Source: Candidatus Thalassarchaeaceae archaeon
GTDB lineage: Archaea; Thermoplasmatota; Poseidoniia; Poseidoniales; Thalassarchaeaceae
Length of the DNA stretch: 32,000 nt
NCBI GenBank assembly: GCA_045568075.1
Contig: JBJLBP010000001.1
Location: 360,001-392,000, forward strand
Reading direction: 5' to 3'
Shown here: one piece after another, positions 9,001 to 15,700 of the stretch
How positions within the stretch are numbered: position 1 is the stretch's first letter
How the letters are laid out: the number at the start of each line of letters is the position of its first letter
Notes under the pieces: generated by a model
What the model was told of the DNA's origin: nothing
What the model saw: only the letters and a program-made list of their open reading frames with translations
Databases searched by the model: none
Made by a program: the position numbers and the translations under genes

Positions 9001-9341
9001 TGAGTTTGGGAGTCGGAATCGACTACGTTATACACGTCGTTGAGAGGTATCGAGAGGAGCGAGCAACCGGTGCAGATGTTGATGCCAGCATCAAGGCGAT
9101 TGGTGGCGCTGCGGGCCTTGCCTTGTTTGGATCAGCAGTCTCGGATGTGACTGGATTCCTAATCATCGCGCAGTCTCCGATGGGATTCTTCGCGAGCTTC
9201 GGATTATTCTGCGCGGCGATGATTGGATTGTCACTATTCGCAAGCATGGTCACGACTCCAGCAATGCTCGGCTCGTTGGAGCGCGCCAGCAAGCGTCGCG
9301 CGCAGCAGGTTGAAGCATCAGAGGCTCAGCCCACAGCATGA
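6060..9341 (+). CDS. RND-superfamily (HAE3/MMPL-like) exporter, 12-TM topology with two large extracytoplasmic domains
   Basis: N-terminal TM, then an ectodomain of about 340 aa, then a 5-TM bundle containing LGIDDSLHALHRYKEER. This is followed by TM7, a second ectodomain of about 270 aa, and a second bundle containing LGVGIDYVIHVVERYREER. The internal duplication is typical of RND/MMPL proteins. Confidence 0.8.
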   Translation: MREVRDFGKVADFLLPQSFKLHTAILFISILMIPGFLASLEPIDVQSYDMESPELVANQVVNEDFEAAEKTHGFAVSVRDREAILTSDLAPHYTVDGEIDYDNLPHPSERVGYQGKSAGLVGEDIPTGGILNLTILKEIEDKTAITSSHYISNFARPMVTELTGTGFIGPMSLPDLLRAFMAGESLLTQPTINVFGLLEPARTNWEDCGVLECLTYDDPNLTQAHIDLAAHRMIMYSDGAMLRWLSNDRGFTYDETSALTGPIGGTIREDGTFDDDVIWGPGRWSASTTWILIQLSRTELQENGITYSWEDARNEPEGYRFEGLNLVTTPPEYKLEDCRKALENGEELCSFEWAMIDLEKQIRTTDQLVVTFSVNEGINVELNRELLESSLLLIAMALAITVLLWFSLRRSSDVVIVGATLIFALLWMQGSIGWMIILGEKYGFKIISKSQFSNLLPILVIALGIDDSLHALHRYKEERRQGRSPEESAHTSLSRVGRAIMLTSLTTMSAFAANLTSDIAALRSFGVEAALGVAAAFILTGIWAPLIRMDWDKRLAQQGKLPEEDTGIVHMIREQRLVSIADNSSKNSSLLLVLILIMTAIAVPMMLSLEGDFKVEDFLDEESDFAHAVELVNTRFSDEGEPASVIIEGDMLDPRVYAAIQATRVNMADPSPNDPGKYTKTPLGTPEMHGVDELIWAAKASMFTNNTPFVEAGWESESLDCQRLANDLPDETDRDCLRFMYGFVYVYGIPAGGYFPAIPESLTALHIVPTCELDPELVHLCTDGSIPEYNRMTLRWGIANPEQFIVVEQVLAELELDMQPFQELAAQDISERSDIESASEEYPVTWAIATGDPVTRYVAASSMQNQLQGTLVLGVLFCLITMWWGFRKVEYGFDDYSLRDLVISSPVILGITGYVYLTVSVNLAIAIAILLVIGAGYWGTRSLSTAIFTTIPIVIVIIWLYAIIAAAGYGLNMVTVAIAAMSLGVGIDYVIHVVERYREERATGADVDASIKAIGGAAGLALFGSAVSDVTGFLIIAQSPMGFFASFGLFCAAMIGLSLFASMVTTPAMLGSLERASKRRAQQVEASEAQPTA

Positions 9342-9673
9342 GAGCGATGAGCGAGTCTGAGACACTTACCGATCTCGAACGAGGTCGAGAAGACTGTGTG
9401 TTAAGGTTCGCAGATGGAGCTTCGTTCCGACTAGATTACGTCGAAGTCAGGATGTCTTGCCCCTGTGCGAAGTGCAGGCCGAGACAAGAGAATGAGCAGA
9501 GACTGATAGAATTCAGAGAGGAAGTCACGCGGCTGCGATTGGATAAGCCAAAGGCCGAACTTGTCGGCCGTTATGGCCTGCGATTCCAATGGCTGACTGG
9601 TTGCTCGAGCGGGATCTATTCCTTCGAACTTCTTCGGAATGTTGCCGAGCAGGCAGGTACTGCGCTTGATTGA
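9338..9673 (+). CDS. DUF971 family protein (gamma-butyrobetaine hydroxylase N-terminal-like domain)
   Basis: LRFADGASFRLDYVEVRMSCPCAKC ... RYGLRFQWLTGCSSGIYSFELLR matches the DUF971 pattern (CxCxxC, then an aromatic-W...SGIY motif). ATG 9338 overlaps the exporter stop (ATGA). In-frame ATG 9347 is an alternative. Confidence 0.65.
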   Translation: MRAMSESETLTDLERGREDCVLRFADGASFRLDYVEVRMSCPCAKCRPRQENEQRLIEFREEVTRLRLDKPKAELVGRYGLRFQWLTGCSSGIYSFELLRNVAEQAGTALD

Positions 9674-9741
9674 ACCTCCCTGTTTAGATTAGATTTCATC
9701 TATCTGATCTCAATTTAGACTGTGTAATTTGGTCAAATAAT

Positions 9742-9758
9742 GATGGTGAATCACCATC
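9742..9758. promoter_or_regulatory. Perfect 17-bp palindrome GATGGTGA-A-TCACCATC in the DUF971/Pus10 intergenic region; candidate operator
   Basis: Read directly from the sequence. Sits just 3' of an A/T-rich stretch (TCAAATAA, 9733-9740). A further GGTGA copy follows at 9771-9775. The 1-nt centre argues for a protein-binding site rather than an RNA hairpin. Confidence 0.3.
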
Positions 9759-9836
9759 GAAGCGCTCAAAGGTGACCCTCAGGTGGCGTGGGCATCGCAG
9801 TGTGGGATTCCCTCCCTCGCCGCGGTGGGTGATTGA

Positions 9837-11270
9837 ATGACCCGAGACGAACCAGAGGCTGAGGCAACCGCACCAGACGGAGAGGATGAGTGGCAGCTCT
9901 ACGCAACCGCTGGATATGCCGCTGCCGAGGACCCTTGGGATGATTTGGTCGTCGTCGAAGAGAAGAGTTCTGAGGATGAGGAATGGTTCGATGGCGACGA
10001 TTTCGAGTCGAATGGTCAAACCGTCGATTGGGACTCACCACCTTGTCCCTCTCCACTTGGAATCGCTCACATGATTCGAATCGGTACTTGTGATCACTGT
10101 TTGCACCGAGTCGGCGGTCGTCGCACTGAGGTTACCGGTGCCGCTGGAGGTGCTTCTCTTCGTGCCGAGTCCTTGGCTCGCGACAAAGAACTCTCATCCT
10201 TTGAGGCGCCCGAACTTTGTCCGCTCTGTGAAAACCTCTTCGAGGATGTAGACAATATCGTCGAGCGTATTACCGAACAGACTGGTGAGCTTGACCATGG
10301 ATCTCTACAGATTGGAGTTCACGTTCCGAAGGATTTGATTCAGGAAGAAGATCGTATTCGTACTCGTCACGGCGCCACAGGATCTCGCCCTCTGAAGGCT
10401 TCTTTTTCCGATGCTGTCCAGTCCGGCGTCAGATCTCGTATGGATGGAATTGAGTTTGTCAAAGAGCGCCCCGATTTGATGATTCTAATCGATTGCCTAA
10501 CACTCCGTGTCGATGTCGATATCCGACCTGTTTTCATCTATGGTCGCTACCGAAAACTCGGTCGCGGCATTCCTCAAACTCGTTGGCCATGCCGCGCTTG
10601 TCGTGGCCGCGCCGAAGGCTGTGAGTCCTGCTCGGGAACTGGACTGCAATATCCAGATTCAGTGCAAGACCTCATCGGCGAACCATTCCGCTTGGCTCTC
10701 TCTGCCGATGACACATCCTTCCACGGCATGGGACGCGAGGACATCGACGTCCGCTGCCTCGGCAGGGGCCGTCCTTTCGTCCTCGAATTGAAGCGTCCAC
10801 ATATCCGCCGCACCGATCTCGATGAAATCGTCGCGGCGGTCAACGCGAACTCTGCTGAAAAAATCGAAATCAGCGACCTGCGATGGTCGAACCGTAGTGA
10901 AGTCAGTAGAGTGAAGGAGACGCGTTCGGAGAAGTCCTATACGATTCGTTTCCGTATCGAGGATCCTCCTGAAGAATCAACTATAATCGAATCAATTTCG
11001 AGCCTTTCTGGAGTCACTCTCGAACAACAAACTCCCAAGCGAGTTTCTCATCGTCGAGCCGATAAGAAGCGCAAACGCAAGGTTGTCTCCATCGACAAAA
11101 TCTTCGTTGAAGACAACGAAGTCCAATTCTCGGTTCGCTGTGAAGCTGGAACATACGTGAAGGAACTCGTTCATTCTGATGAGGGGAGAACAGTGCCTTC
11201 AGTTACGAGTGTTCTCGAGCGGGCTTGCGAAGTCATCTGGCTCGATGTCGAAGATATCCACGCCGATTGA
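9837..11270 (+). CDS. pus10: tRNA pseudouridine(54/55) synthase Pus10 with an acidic N-terminal extension
   Basis: Zn-binding CDHCLHRVGG...CPLCENLF, THUMP-like middle region, and the catalytic core FIYGRYRKLGRGIPQTRWPCRACRG...CESCSGTG...FHGMGREDIDVRCLGRGRPFVLELKRP. ATG 9837 is preceded by GGGTGAT, ending 3 nt upstream. Internal ATG 10071 (MIRIGTCDHC) has no such motif but would give a canonical-length Pus10. Confidence 0.85.
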   Translation: MTRDEPEAEATAPDGEDEWQLYATAGYAAAEDPWDDLVVVEEKSSEDEEWFDGDDFESNGQTVDWDSPPCPSPLGIAHMIRIGTCDHCLHRVGGRRTEVTGAAGGASLRAESLARDKELSSFEAPELCPLCENLFEDVDNIVERITEQTGELDHGSLQIGVHVPKDLIQEEDRIRTRHGATGSRPLKASFSDAVQSGVRSRMDGIEFVKERPDLMILIDCLTLRVDVDIRPVFIYGRYRKLGRGIPQTRWPCRACRGRAEGCESCSGTGLQYPDSVQDLIGEPFRLALSADDTSFHGMGREDIDVRCLGRGRPFVLELKRPHIRRTDLDEIVAAVNANSAEKIEISDLRWSNRSEVSRVKETRSEKSYTIRFRIEDPPEESTIIESISSLSGVTLEQQTPKRVSHRRADKKRKRKVVSIDKIFVEDNEVQFSVRCEAGTYVKELVHSDEGRTVPSVTSVLERACEVIWLDVEDIHAD

Positions 11271-11350
11271 AAGCCCAAAGGGCTCAGATGGCCTTAAGAA
11301 TGTGAGGTAGGTCGACCGCTCGCACGACATTGTGTCGATGGGTGAATTAC

Positions 11351-11641
11351 ATGCGCCGAAGTCACGGAACACGTCAAGGAACACGCAGTATTCTGCGTCG
11401 CTCAAAGGCGCAACGAGGACGTATCAACATCGCTCGCGTCATGCACCAATACGAGATTGGCGACAGCGTCGCAGTCGTCCTTGATGGCTCCCAACAGAAG
11501 GGAATGCCACACCGCCGATTCCAAGGCGCCACTGGCGTCATTGAGGCCAAGCAAGGCCGTGCCTGGGTCGTTGCTTTGCACGACAAGAATATGGCAAAGA
11601 CCGTGATTGCTCGCCCTGAGCATTTGCGCCCGATGGAGTGA
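11351..11641 (+). CDS. rpl21e: 50S ribosomal protein L21e
   Basis: MRRSHGTRQGTR...YEIGDSVAVVLDGSQQKGMPHRRFQGATGVI...ARPEHLRP is a textbook L21e. GGTGA lies 5 nt upstream of ATG 11351. The ORF-track start at 11330 is an upstream extension. Confidence 0.95.
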   Translation: MRRSHGTRQGTRSILRRSKAQRGRINIARVMHQYEIGDSVAVVLDGSQQKGMPHRRFQGATGVIEAKQGRAWVVALHDKNMAKTVIARPEHLRPME

Positions 11642-11646
11642 TTCAG

Positions 11647-12000
11647 ATGAGTGAAAGAGAATTTGTTGATTTCTCAACCGTTCGCGACCTACTATTGGAT
11701 GCTCGCGAGCGTCGTGGCGAACTTTCCTACGAGCAGAAGGTTGCTCTTTTCCACGCTGAGTGGGCTGCCAGCGAGAATCGCGGCGGCATCAAGACCAGCC
11801 CTGAAACCTTTGCAAGTCTATTCAGCTCACTGGCTGAGTCCGAGAAACTCAACCAACACCCTGAGGTTTGCGCAAAGATTGCCGAACTCATGCCAATGAA
11901 GGTCGAAGACGTCCGCGTTATCGTCGCTTCAAAGAGAATCGCGATGGATACTGATGAGATTGAAGATATCATCACTAAGGTTCGTCAGCACGTACTCTGA
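11647..12000 (+). CDS. rpoF: DNA-directed RNA polymerase subunit Rpo4/F
   Basis: About 117 aa. ELSYEQKVALFHAE and KIAELMPMKVEDVRVI fit the RpoF/Rpb4 pattern, and the gene sits in the conserved position after L21e. GGAGTGAT lies just upstream of ATG 11647. GTG 11638 (GTGA overlap with the L21e stop) is an alternative. Confidence 0.8.
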   Translation: MSEREFVDFSTVRDLLLDARERRGELSYEQKVALFHAEWAASENRGGIKTSPETFASLFSSLAESEKLNQHPEVCAKIAELMPMKVEDVRVIVASKRIAMDTDEIEDIITKVRQHVL

Positions 12001-12115
12001 TTAGCGCCCCGCGCTCATAGTGATGCCTTCGATTGTGCTAGAATCATCGATTATGGACAACTTTGTCGAACAAATCCCTTGATGAGGGATAACCGACCTC
12101 CGAGGAGTGAAGAAG

Positions 12116-12682
12116 ATGCAGCCGAACGACCGAAATGGAGATGCGGTGGACGGGCCGTTGGCGTCAGAGACTCATGCTCGAGTTCTCGATGTTCTCGATA
12201 GACGCCCCATCGGTAGGGAGATTCATGCTCTTTCCGAACCGAGTCTTTACCTTGTACGAGCCAGACTCAACTCAGACTTCAGTTGCGAGGCCGGAGATCA
12301 TCTCGACATGGAATCTGGTAATGTTGGCCCTCTCTCTCAACTTAGGTTCCGTGACCTGTCGGGAGATGCAAACTCGGTTCTACAGAATGCTATGCAAGAA
12401 TCGATTCGCCTCAATCCAGACCCCCATCTTGGATTTTTTAATCGCGCCAACAACATCTCCCTCAAGGTTCACGCCTTCCAACTCCTACCTGGTGTTGGAA
12501 GTTCAACCGCCCGATCATGGGTAAAAATTCGTGGCCAAAATGGCTGGGTCGATCTCGCCGAGGTCGGTGAGAAGCTAGGGGTCGAAGTTGTTGACTTACT
12601 CGCTGAGCGTTATGTCGGGGAACTCGCCGACCCTGCTGAAGTCCCCTGCCTTCTCGATTTACTTGTTAGGGTCAGCGCCTGA
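12116..12682 (+). CDS. DUF655 (COG1491) predicted RNA-binding protein, OB-fold plus HhH
   Basis: ARVLDVL near the N-terminus, then FFNRANNISLKVHAFQLLPGVGSSTARSWVKIR (family motif FFN...H.LELLPGIG). Conserved position between rpoF and ksgA. GAGGAGTGA lies 5 nt upstream of ATG 12116; GTG 12107 is an alternative. Confidence 0.8.
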   Translation: MQPNDRNGDAVDGPLASETHARVLDVLDRRPIGREIHALSEPSLYLVRARLNSDFSCEAGDHLDMESGNVGPLSQLRFRDLSGDANSVLQNAMQESIRLNPDPHLGFFNRANNISLKVHAFQLLPGVGSSTARSWVKIRGQNGWVDLAEVGEKLGVEVVDLLAERYVGELADPAEVPCLLDLLVRVSA

Positions 12683-12695
12683 CAGGGGTGAGCGT

Positions 12696-13568
12696 ATGGA
12701 CGACCTGGATGTCAGGCTTCTCGTCGATTTATTGCGAGACCGGATTAGCCCGGACCGCTCTCTCGGACAACATTTCTTGCTCGATGAAGCAGTTATTGCG
12801 AGAGCCGTCCATATTGCTTCGGCCGCGGTACCAATCGGTCCTGAATGCCATGTTTTGGAAATAGGTCCCGGCCCCGGTTCCTTGACTCTTGATTTACTCA
12901 AGACTGGAGCTCAAGTCACTGCCCTCGAGGTGGATTCGGAAGCCGTAGCCCATCTCGGACGTGTATTCGGAGATGCTGATGGCCGTCTCAACATTGTTGA
13001 AACCGATGCATTGGAAGCCGATTGGCCAGATGATTTGACCCACATTGTGGCCAATCTCCCATACCAAATATCCAGCCCAGTATTAGAGAGAATACAGAAG
13101 CATCACGCGCAGCACAATCTGAATGGTATCGCCTTGCTCGTCCAAGAAGAGTTTGCAGAACGCATGGCGATGAGCGCGGGCCACGCCAGTCGTGGCCCAC
13201 TCGGGCACTCTCTCTGGTTAGATTTCGAGGTCGAACTCGATCAGCGAGTGCCGTCTCATTCGTTCAGTCCCGCACCAAGGGTCCACTCGCGCCTAACGAA
13301 TCTCACCCCAACTCAGCGCGAGTCAGCCGAAGCATTCGATCGCCGACTATTCCGAATGGTCATCGCCGAATGCTTCGCCAACCGTCGTCGTAAACTCCGT
13401 ACCCTCCTCAAACGCCCACCGAAGCGCCTCAACAGAATTCCCGGTTGGCATCGCGCTCGTTGGGATGGGGCAATCGATGCACTGCCTACCGAAACCCTCG
13501 ACCTTCGACCCGAGAATCTCAGCTCAAATGACTGGGCTGTCTTGATTGCCGAGATAAGCGCTGAGTAG
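12696..13568 (+). CDS. rsmA: 16S rRNA (adenine-N6,N6)-dimethyltransferase KsgA/RsmA/Dim1
   Basis: LGQHFLLDE, SAM motif VLEIGPGPGSLT, NLPYQISSP. GGGGTGA lies 4 nt upstream of ATG 12696. The ORF-track start at 12588 would overlap DUF655 by 95 nt and adds non-homologous residues. Confidence 0.9.
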   Translation: MDDLDVRLLVDLLRDRISPDRSLGQHFLLDEAVIARAVHIASAAVPIGPECHVLEIGPGPGSLTLDLLKTGAQVTALEVDSEAVAHLGRVFGDADGRLNIVETDALEADWPDDLTHIVANLPYQISSPVLERIQKHHAQHNLNGIALLVQEEFAERMAMSAGHASRGPLGHSLWLDFEVELDQRVPSHSFSPAPRVHSRLTNLTPTQRESAEAFDRRLFRMVIAECFANRRRKLRTLLKRPPKRLNRIPGWHRARWDGAIDALPTETLDLRPENLSSNDWAVLIAEISAE

Positions 13569-13669
13569 AGCCATCGGGAGCACCGGAGAACCACGCCTTC
13601 AAAGCCCCCTGCTGGTTCGGCCGGAACAGCGCAGCGTGTGGGGGCACTGCGAGAAAGGGAGTTGTTTCG

Positions 13670-14761
13670 ATGGCCAAGAAAGACACTTATCTGGCGCTTT
13701 TGCGCAGAGGTATCGATGAGACGACCGCGCAGGTTCTTGCTGATTCTGGCCTCAAAGTCGGCGATCTAAAAAAGCTCGACGAGGAAAAACTTCGGAATAA
13801 TTATGGCCTCAAGAAGGAGATTGCAAAGTCGGTTCTTGAAGCGGTCAAATCTGGCCCTCGTGCTGCCTCTAAACAGCGTTACCTCACAGATGTTCTCTCT
13901 AAGGATAAGGCGAAAAAGGTCGACAAAATCCAAGAGCAGCGATTCAAGCGTGAGCAGAAGGATATCGTCTCTGAGCTCCACGAGAAAAAGGAAGAGTTGC
14001 GAATCGCCAAAGTTGAGGCTTTCCGCTCCAAGAAATTGGTGATGAATCGCCTTGGCAAAACAATCGAACTCATCGTCAAACTGGAAAATTCATTCGATGA
14101 CGAATCGAAGCGAGAGCAGCAATCGAAACTCCGAGACCAACTCGAGACTCGCGGCCTCGAAGCGGCGCGTGACCACGAAATGCTCGAATTAGTCGGCACA
14201 CCACAAGACATCGTCGACTTCCGCCGCAAGATTGCCCCGATTCTCTGTCTGTATGCCTGCCCAGAGTGTGGGGAGGAAATGGACCCACGTGGATCTAATG
14301 TTATCGAGGATCCTACCGATTTCTCATTCGTTTGTTGGGAATGTGAGGAGGAGTTCCATTCGCCTATGGCGGTTTACGTCGATGAGCACATGAACAATGG
14401 TTCTCGAATCACAATTGACCCGAAGAAGAAGCCTCGCGACAAGAAATTCCGACCTCCGAAGAAGAAATCTGCTGAGACAATCAAGGATTTGATGATGAAG
14501 GATCTTGAAGCGACCGGCGCTTCTGCTGAAGAGATGGCTGCGGCGGTCGAGGCGAGCGATATGACTGGCGGCCTGATGAGCATCGACGAATGGATTGACC
14601 AGACACTCGCTGCCAAGGGATACATCCAGGCTCAGGAACACCGTGAGGACTTCATCCTCGCCACCGGCGCTGGTGCAACGAAATTCAACAAGTGGATGAA
14701 AAAGGCTGGACTGCGCTTCAATAAGCAAACAGGCCAGTGGTCTCGTGTGTCATATGATTGA
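13670..14761 (+). CDS. Hypothetical basic protein: N-terminal HhH-like domain, charged coiled-coil region, C4 zinc ribbon, basic patch, C-terminal globular domain
   Basis: Long uninterrupted ORF with coding-like composition. RGIDETTAQVLADSGLKVGDLKKLDEEKL resembles RadA/Rad51-N-type HhH. K/E/R-rich segment from about aa 70 to 190. CPEC-x21-CWEC at 14258-14344. KKKPRDKKFRPPKKK. No family recognised. Confidence 0.7.
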   Translation: MAKKDTYLALLRRGIDETTAQVLADSGLKVGDLKKLDEEKLRNNYGLKKEIAKSVLEAVKSGPRAASKQRYLTDVLSKDKAKKVDKIQEQRFKREQKDIVSELHEKKEELRIAKVEAFRSKKLVMNRLGKTIELIVKLENSFDDESKREQQSKLRDQLETRGLEAARDHEMLELVGTPQDIVDFRRKIAPILCLYACPECGEEMDPRGSNVIEDPTDFSFVCWECEEEFHSPMAVYVDEHMNNGSRITIDPKKKPRDKKFRPPKKKSAETIKDLMMKDLEATGASAEEMAAAVEASDMTGGLMSIDEWIDQTLAAKGYIQAQEHREDFILATGAGATKFNKWMKKAGLRFNKQTGQWSRVSYD

Positions 14762-14842
14762 TGCGCCATTACTCCGCTTCTTCGGCTTGGAAGATTGAAT
14801 ATCCATTCTGGTCTGACGTCCTGATGGATTCAAGACGAGCCG

Positions 14843-15145
14843 ATGATTCGCAAGGTCGTGGCGATAGTCCGATTCTTCCGAGGTGCTCTGCTTCTCGGGG
14901 TTGCTGAGGCAGAGGTTGACGAACCCCTTGTCGAAGTCGCCAAGAAGGCCGGGGTAGAGATCCCGGTCAATTGCACCTCAGGGAATTGTGGCACCTGCCT
15001 CGTGCGTCTGAAAGAGGGTGAGGTGATCTATCCAGACCCATTACCACCCGGTCTCGATGAGTTCTTGGTCGAGGATGGCGGGGTTCTCTCATGCTTCATG
15101 GAGGCGGTGGGAGCTTGCGATATCGATGTAATCCCACCATTGTGA
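14843..15145 (+). CDS. Plant-type [2Fe-2S] ferredoxin
   Basis: C-x4-C-x2-C (NCTSGNCGTCLVRLKEGEV) plus a distal Cys (VLSCF); about 100 aa. Confidence 0.8.
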   Translation: MIRKVVAIVRFFRGALLLGVAEAEVDEPLVEVAKKAGVEIPVNCTSGNCGTCLVRLKEGEVIYPDPLPPGLDEFLVEDGGVLSCFMEAVGACDIDVIPPL

Positions 15146-15154
15146 TGTGAGAAT

Positions 15155-15331
15155 ATGGACCAACAGATGGCGCTGATTATTTTCATCGACATTCTCGGTA
15201 TCGGAATCGCTGTCTGGTTTTTGGCGACTCGACTAAAGGCAAAACTATCAGAGGTCGAGGAGCGTAAGGCCAAGCGATGGAAGCGAGATGAAGTTCTCAC
15301 TACCGAAGTGCTAAGCGATGAGGAGGAGTAA
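15155..15331 (+). CDS. Small single-TM protein (58 aa), not in the supplied ORF track (below its size cut-off)
   Basis: My translation: MDQQMALIIFIDILGIGIAVWFLATRLKAKLSEVEERKAKRWKRDEVLTTEVLSDEEE. It starts 9 nt after the ferredoxin stop and ends 2 nt before the cupin ATG. One clear TM helix, then an amphipathic charged tail. Confidence 0.4.
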   Translation: MDQQMALIIFIDILGIGIAVWFLATRLKAKLSEVEERKAKRWKRDEVLTTEVLSDEEE

Positions 15332-15333
15332 TC

Positions 15334-15693
15334 ATGGAGAAAATCAACGTACGAGATAAATTCGGTTTGTTTTCGGACCACTGGACGCCTAAGGTAATTG
15401 CAGAAATGAATGATTACCAATTCAAATTAGTCAAGATAGAGGGTGAATTTGTCTGGCACGATCACCCTGAAACAGATGAGGTCTTCATTGTCGTCGAAGG
15501 TAGTATGAAGATTGAATTCGAGGATCACACCATCGAACTCGATGAGGGTGAAATGATCGTAGTTCCGAAAGGGGTGCGCCACAAGCCTGTTGCTGACTCG
15601 GAATGCAAGGTAATGCTAGTCGAGCCTCGCGGTGTCGTCAATACAGGCGAGGCTGATAGCGAATTGACCGCTCCAAATGACGAATGGATCTAA
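15334..15693 (+). CDS. Metal-binding cupin domain protein
   Basis: Both cupin motifs are present: HDHPETDEVFIVVEG (HxH...E...G) and GEMIVVPKGVRH (G-x5-P-x-G-x2-H). GAGGAGGAG lies 5 nt upstream of the ATG. Confidence 0.8.
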   Translation: MEKINVRDKFGLFSDHWTPKVIAEMNDYQFKLVKIEGEFVWHDHPETDEVFIVVEGSMKIEFEDHTIELDEGEMIVVPKGVRHKPVADSECKVMLVEPRGVVNTGEADSELTAPNDEWI

Positions 15694-15700
15694 TCCAGAC

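Noticed and set aside
12001-12115. Possible C/D-box sRNA in the rpoF-DUF655 gap (TGATGC and TTGATGAGG elements). A similar possibility arises in the 14762-14842 gap (TGATGC ... CTGA ... CTGATGG).
   Set aside because: Box order and spacing do not fit the C - guide of about 12 nt - D' - C' - guide of about 12 nt - D layout. There is no terminal CTGA paired with a 5' RUGAUGA, and no terminal stem. Isolated TGATG strings are common.
15028-15420. 130-aa minus-strand ORF spanning the ferredoxin/cupin junction
   Set aside because: It would overlap the 3' end of the ferredoxin, the whole 58-aa ORF and the 5' end of the cupin. It has no motifs, and the plus strand has tightly spaced genes with SD signals.
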